DNA from: an uncultured Candidatus Saccharibacteria bacterium
Lineage (GTDB): Bacteria; Patescibacteriota; Saccharimonadia; Saccharimonadales; UBA10212
Reading direction: 5' to 3'
Assembly (NCBI GenBank): GCA_964448095.1
Contig: CAYUUT010000001.1
Location: 105,829 to 169,828, forward strand
Length of the DNA stretch: 64,000 nt
Position 1 is the first letter of the stretch; every line of letters starts with the position of its first letter. Position numbers and translations under genes: made by a program. Shown piece after piece: positions 62,819 through 64,000 of the stretch. The notes below the pieces were generated by a model. It made no database searches. It saw only the letters and a program-made list of their open reading frames with translations, and was not told the origin of the DNA.

Positions 62819-63477
62819 AGTGCTTCTCCTATCCAATTATTAAATACTATAAACCTTGGCAGCTTTTTTAGCAGCTGGGCCGGCATTTTTTCAATCGTTA
62901 TATCCTGCTGCAGCTGCGCTACTATGGGTTTTTTCTTGTCGTCGCTCAGGCTAACGACAGCCTCGTCCAATAACTCCAAGGCCTTAGGGGTAGTAGTTAT
63001 ACGCTGATAATCTGGACCTTGGTAGTGAGTAACTAAGCCTTTTGCGCTTAGCGCCGGGCTGTCTGGCAAAATGCCCGAAGTGTGACCATCCGGGCCAATA
63101 CCTGCTAGGGCGATTTTGAAATCAGCCTGTTTGAGTTGCTTTGACAGCTCGTCCTGAAATTTAGCGGTTGTTTCTTCTAGTCCAAGTCCGCGCAAAACCG
63201 GTACGGTGTTCAGGCCGGAAAAGTCAAAGCCGGAGTCGAGTAATTGTTGCCAGTTGGAATCGGCGTGGCCATCAGGACCGTAACGTTCGTCAATCAGAGT
63301 TACAGTAAGATTGCTCAGGTTCTTGCCCTCCAGCCGCTTACGGGTCGCTACCGCCAGGCCAATGGAGCTGCCGCCGGACAACAACCACAAAACCTTTTCA
63401 TCTAATAAAAGGTGCTCGTTTATAACCTGGGCTAAGTACTCCGCCGCCTGACCGGGCGTTTGTTTGATAAAAGTCAC
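62815..63477 (-). CDS. pgl: 6-phosphogluconolactonase
   Basis: VLWLLSGGSSIG...IALAGIGPDGHTSGILP is the Pgl/DevB signature. Confidence 0.8.
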   Translation of the reverse strand: MTFIKQTPGQAAEYLAQVINEHLLLDEKVLWLLSGGSSIGLAVATRKRLEGKNLSNLTVTLIDERYGPDGHADSNWQQLLDSGFDFSGLNTVPVLRGLGLEETTAKFQDELSKQLKQADFKIALAGIGPDGHTSGILPDSPALSAKGLVTHYQGPDYQRITTTPKALELLDEAVVSLSDDKKKPIVAQLQQDITIEKMPAQLLKKLPRFIVFNNWIGEAL

Positions 63478-64000
63478 GGCTGCTCTTCCCCTATAACTTC
63501 TGCAACTGTGCTACCAGGCTTATAAAAACGTAAGTCCGCCGAGGTCTTAGACCAGGTATCCAGCAGCGGCTGCAGCACCCGCCAGCTTTCAATAATCTCC
63601 GGACTGCTAGCAAACAAGCTGTGGCTGCCGCGCATGGCATCCACCAGCACTTGCTCGTAAGCATTCGGCAGCCGGGCAAAGTCTTTTTCGTAATCAAAAC
63701 TCAGGGGTTTTTCCTCCAGATTAGGCTCGTAGCCTGGTTTCTTAATCCACAGCTCCAGCTCAATGCCTTCATTGGGCTGAATGCGCAGCTTCAGGGTATT
63801 AGCCTCCGAAGCTTCGGTTTTCTTAAAATGCACGGTGATTTCGCTCAGACGTTCGTTAAGATTCTTGCCGGTGACCAAATGTATGGGCACACCCTGCCAG
63901 CGGGGATTTTTAGAGCTCAGTTCGATAGCCACGAAGGTTTCGATTTCCGAGCCAGGATTTTTTACTTCTTCGCAGTAGCCGTCGTACTGGGCGCGCAAGG
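63474..64000 (-). CDS. zwf: Glucose-6-phosphate dehydrogenase, C-terminal domain only; the gene's 5' end lies beyond the window
   Basis: RAQYDGYCEE, ETFVAIEL and RWQGVPIHLVTGK... match the G6PD C-terminal domain. The ORF is open at the window end. Confidence 0.8.
   Translation of the reverse strand, partial: LRAQYDGYCEEVKNPGSEIETFVAIELSSKNPRWQGVPIHLVTGKNLNERLSEITVHFKKTEASEANTLKLRIQPNEGIELELWIKKPGYEPNLEEKPLSFDYEKDFARLPNAYEQVLVDAMRGSHSLFASSPEIIESWRVLQPLLDTWSKTSADLRFYKPGSTVAEVIGEEQP

Noticed and set aside
1-64000. CRISPR arrays, rRNA, tRNA, tmRNA, and transposase/integrase genes
   Set aside because: I found no regularly spaced direct repeats, no rRNA-like conserved blocks, no cloverleaf candidates in intergenic regions, and no DDE, tyrosine or serine recombinase ORFs. 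Absence is by visual inspection only. tRNAscan, Infernal and a repeat finder would be decisive.

Overview
This is a 64-kb window from a compact, gene-dense bacterial chromosome of about 50% GC. Most genes are on the minus strand and many overlap at start/stop junctions. The gene content looks like a reduced-genome, Patescibacteria/Saccharibacteria-like organism, but that placement is tentative: it rests on the split transketolase, type IV pilus genes, a pentose-phosphate/glycolysis super-operon and low-complexity tails on housekeeping proteins. I recognise recG (partial), tyrS, a class A penicillin-binding protein (PBP), radA, clpC, nusA, plsC-like, rnhB, rplS, pilB, dnaE, gatCAB, uvrB, a type IV pilin, pfkB, fba, split tkt, rpe, rpiB, gap, ppa, trxB, pheST, rmuC, a ZIP/Zur pair, an MFS transporter, ndh, an ApbE flavinylation module, a CNNM/CorC protein, rarA, and gnd-pgl-zwf (zwf partial). 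I found no rRNA, tRNA or CRISPR array by eye. The most interesting places are: (1) a ~3.5-kb compositionally mosaic island at 57.1-60.7 kb, sitting at the 3' end of rarA and bounded by a diverged duplicate of the rarA C-terminal coding segment; it carries a DUF4238-like gene (a family I recall as a single-gene anti-phage system), a SAM methyltransferase, a GC-rich GTG-start ORF and a Gly-rich membrane protein. (2) A ~540-bp, ~65% GC islet between gatC and uvrB with a strong promoter, a perfect Shine-Dalgarno site, a 156-aa ORF with very high third-codon-position GC (GC3) and a perfect 13-bp GC hairpin. (3) A flavin-based membrane redox module: NDH-2, a novel-looking fusion of an NqrB/RnfD-like domain to an NqrF-like reductase domain, ApbE, and a secreted FMN-binding protein. 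(4) Accessory genes of unknown function embedded in otherwise conserved operons. The ORF track uses GTG/TTG as starts, so several 5' ends below were moved to the nearest plausible ATG. My hand-counted motif coordinates may be off by 1-2 nt.
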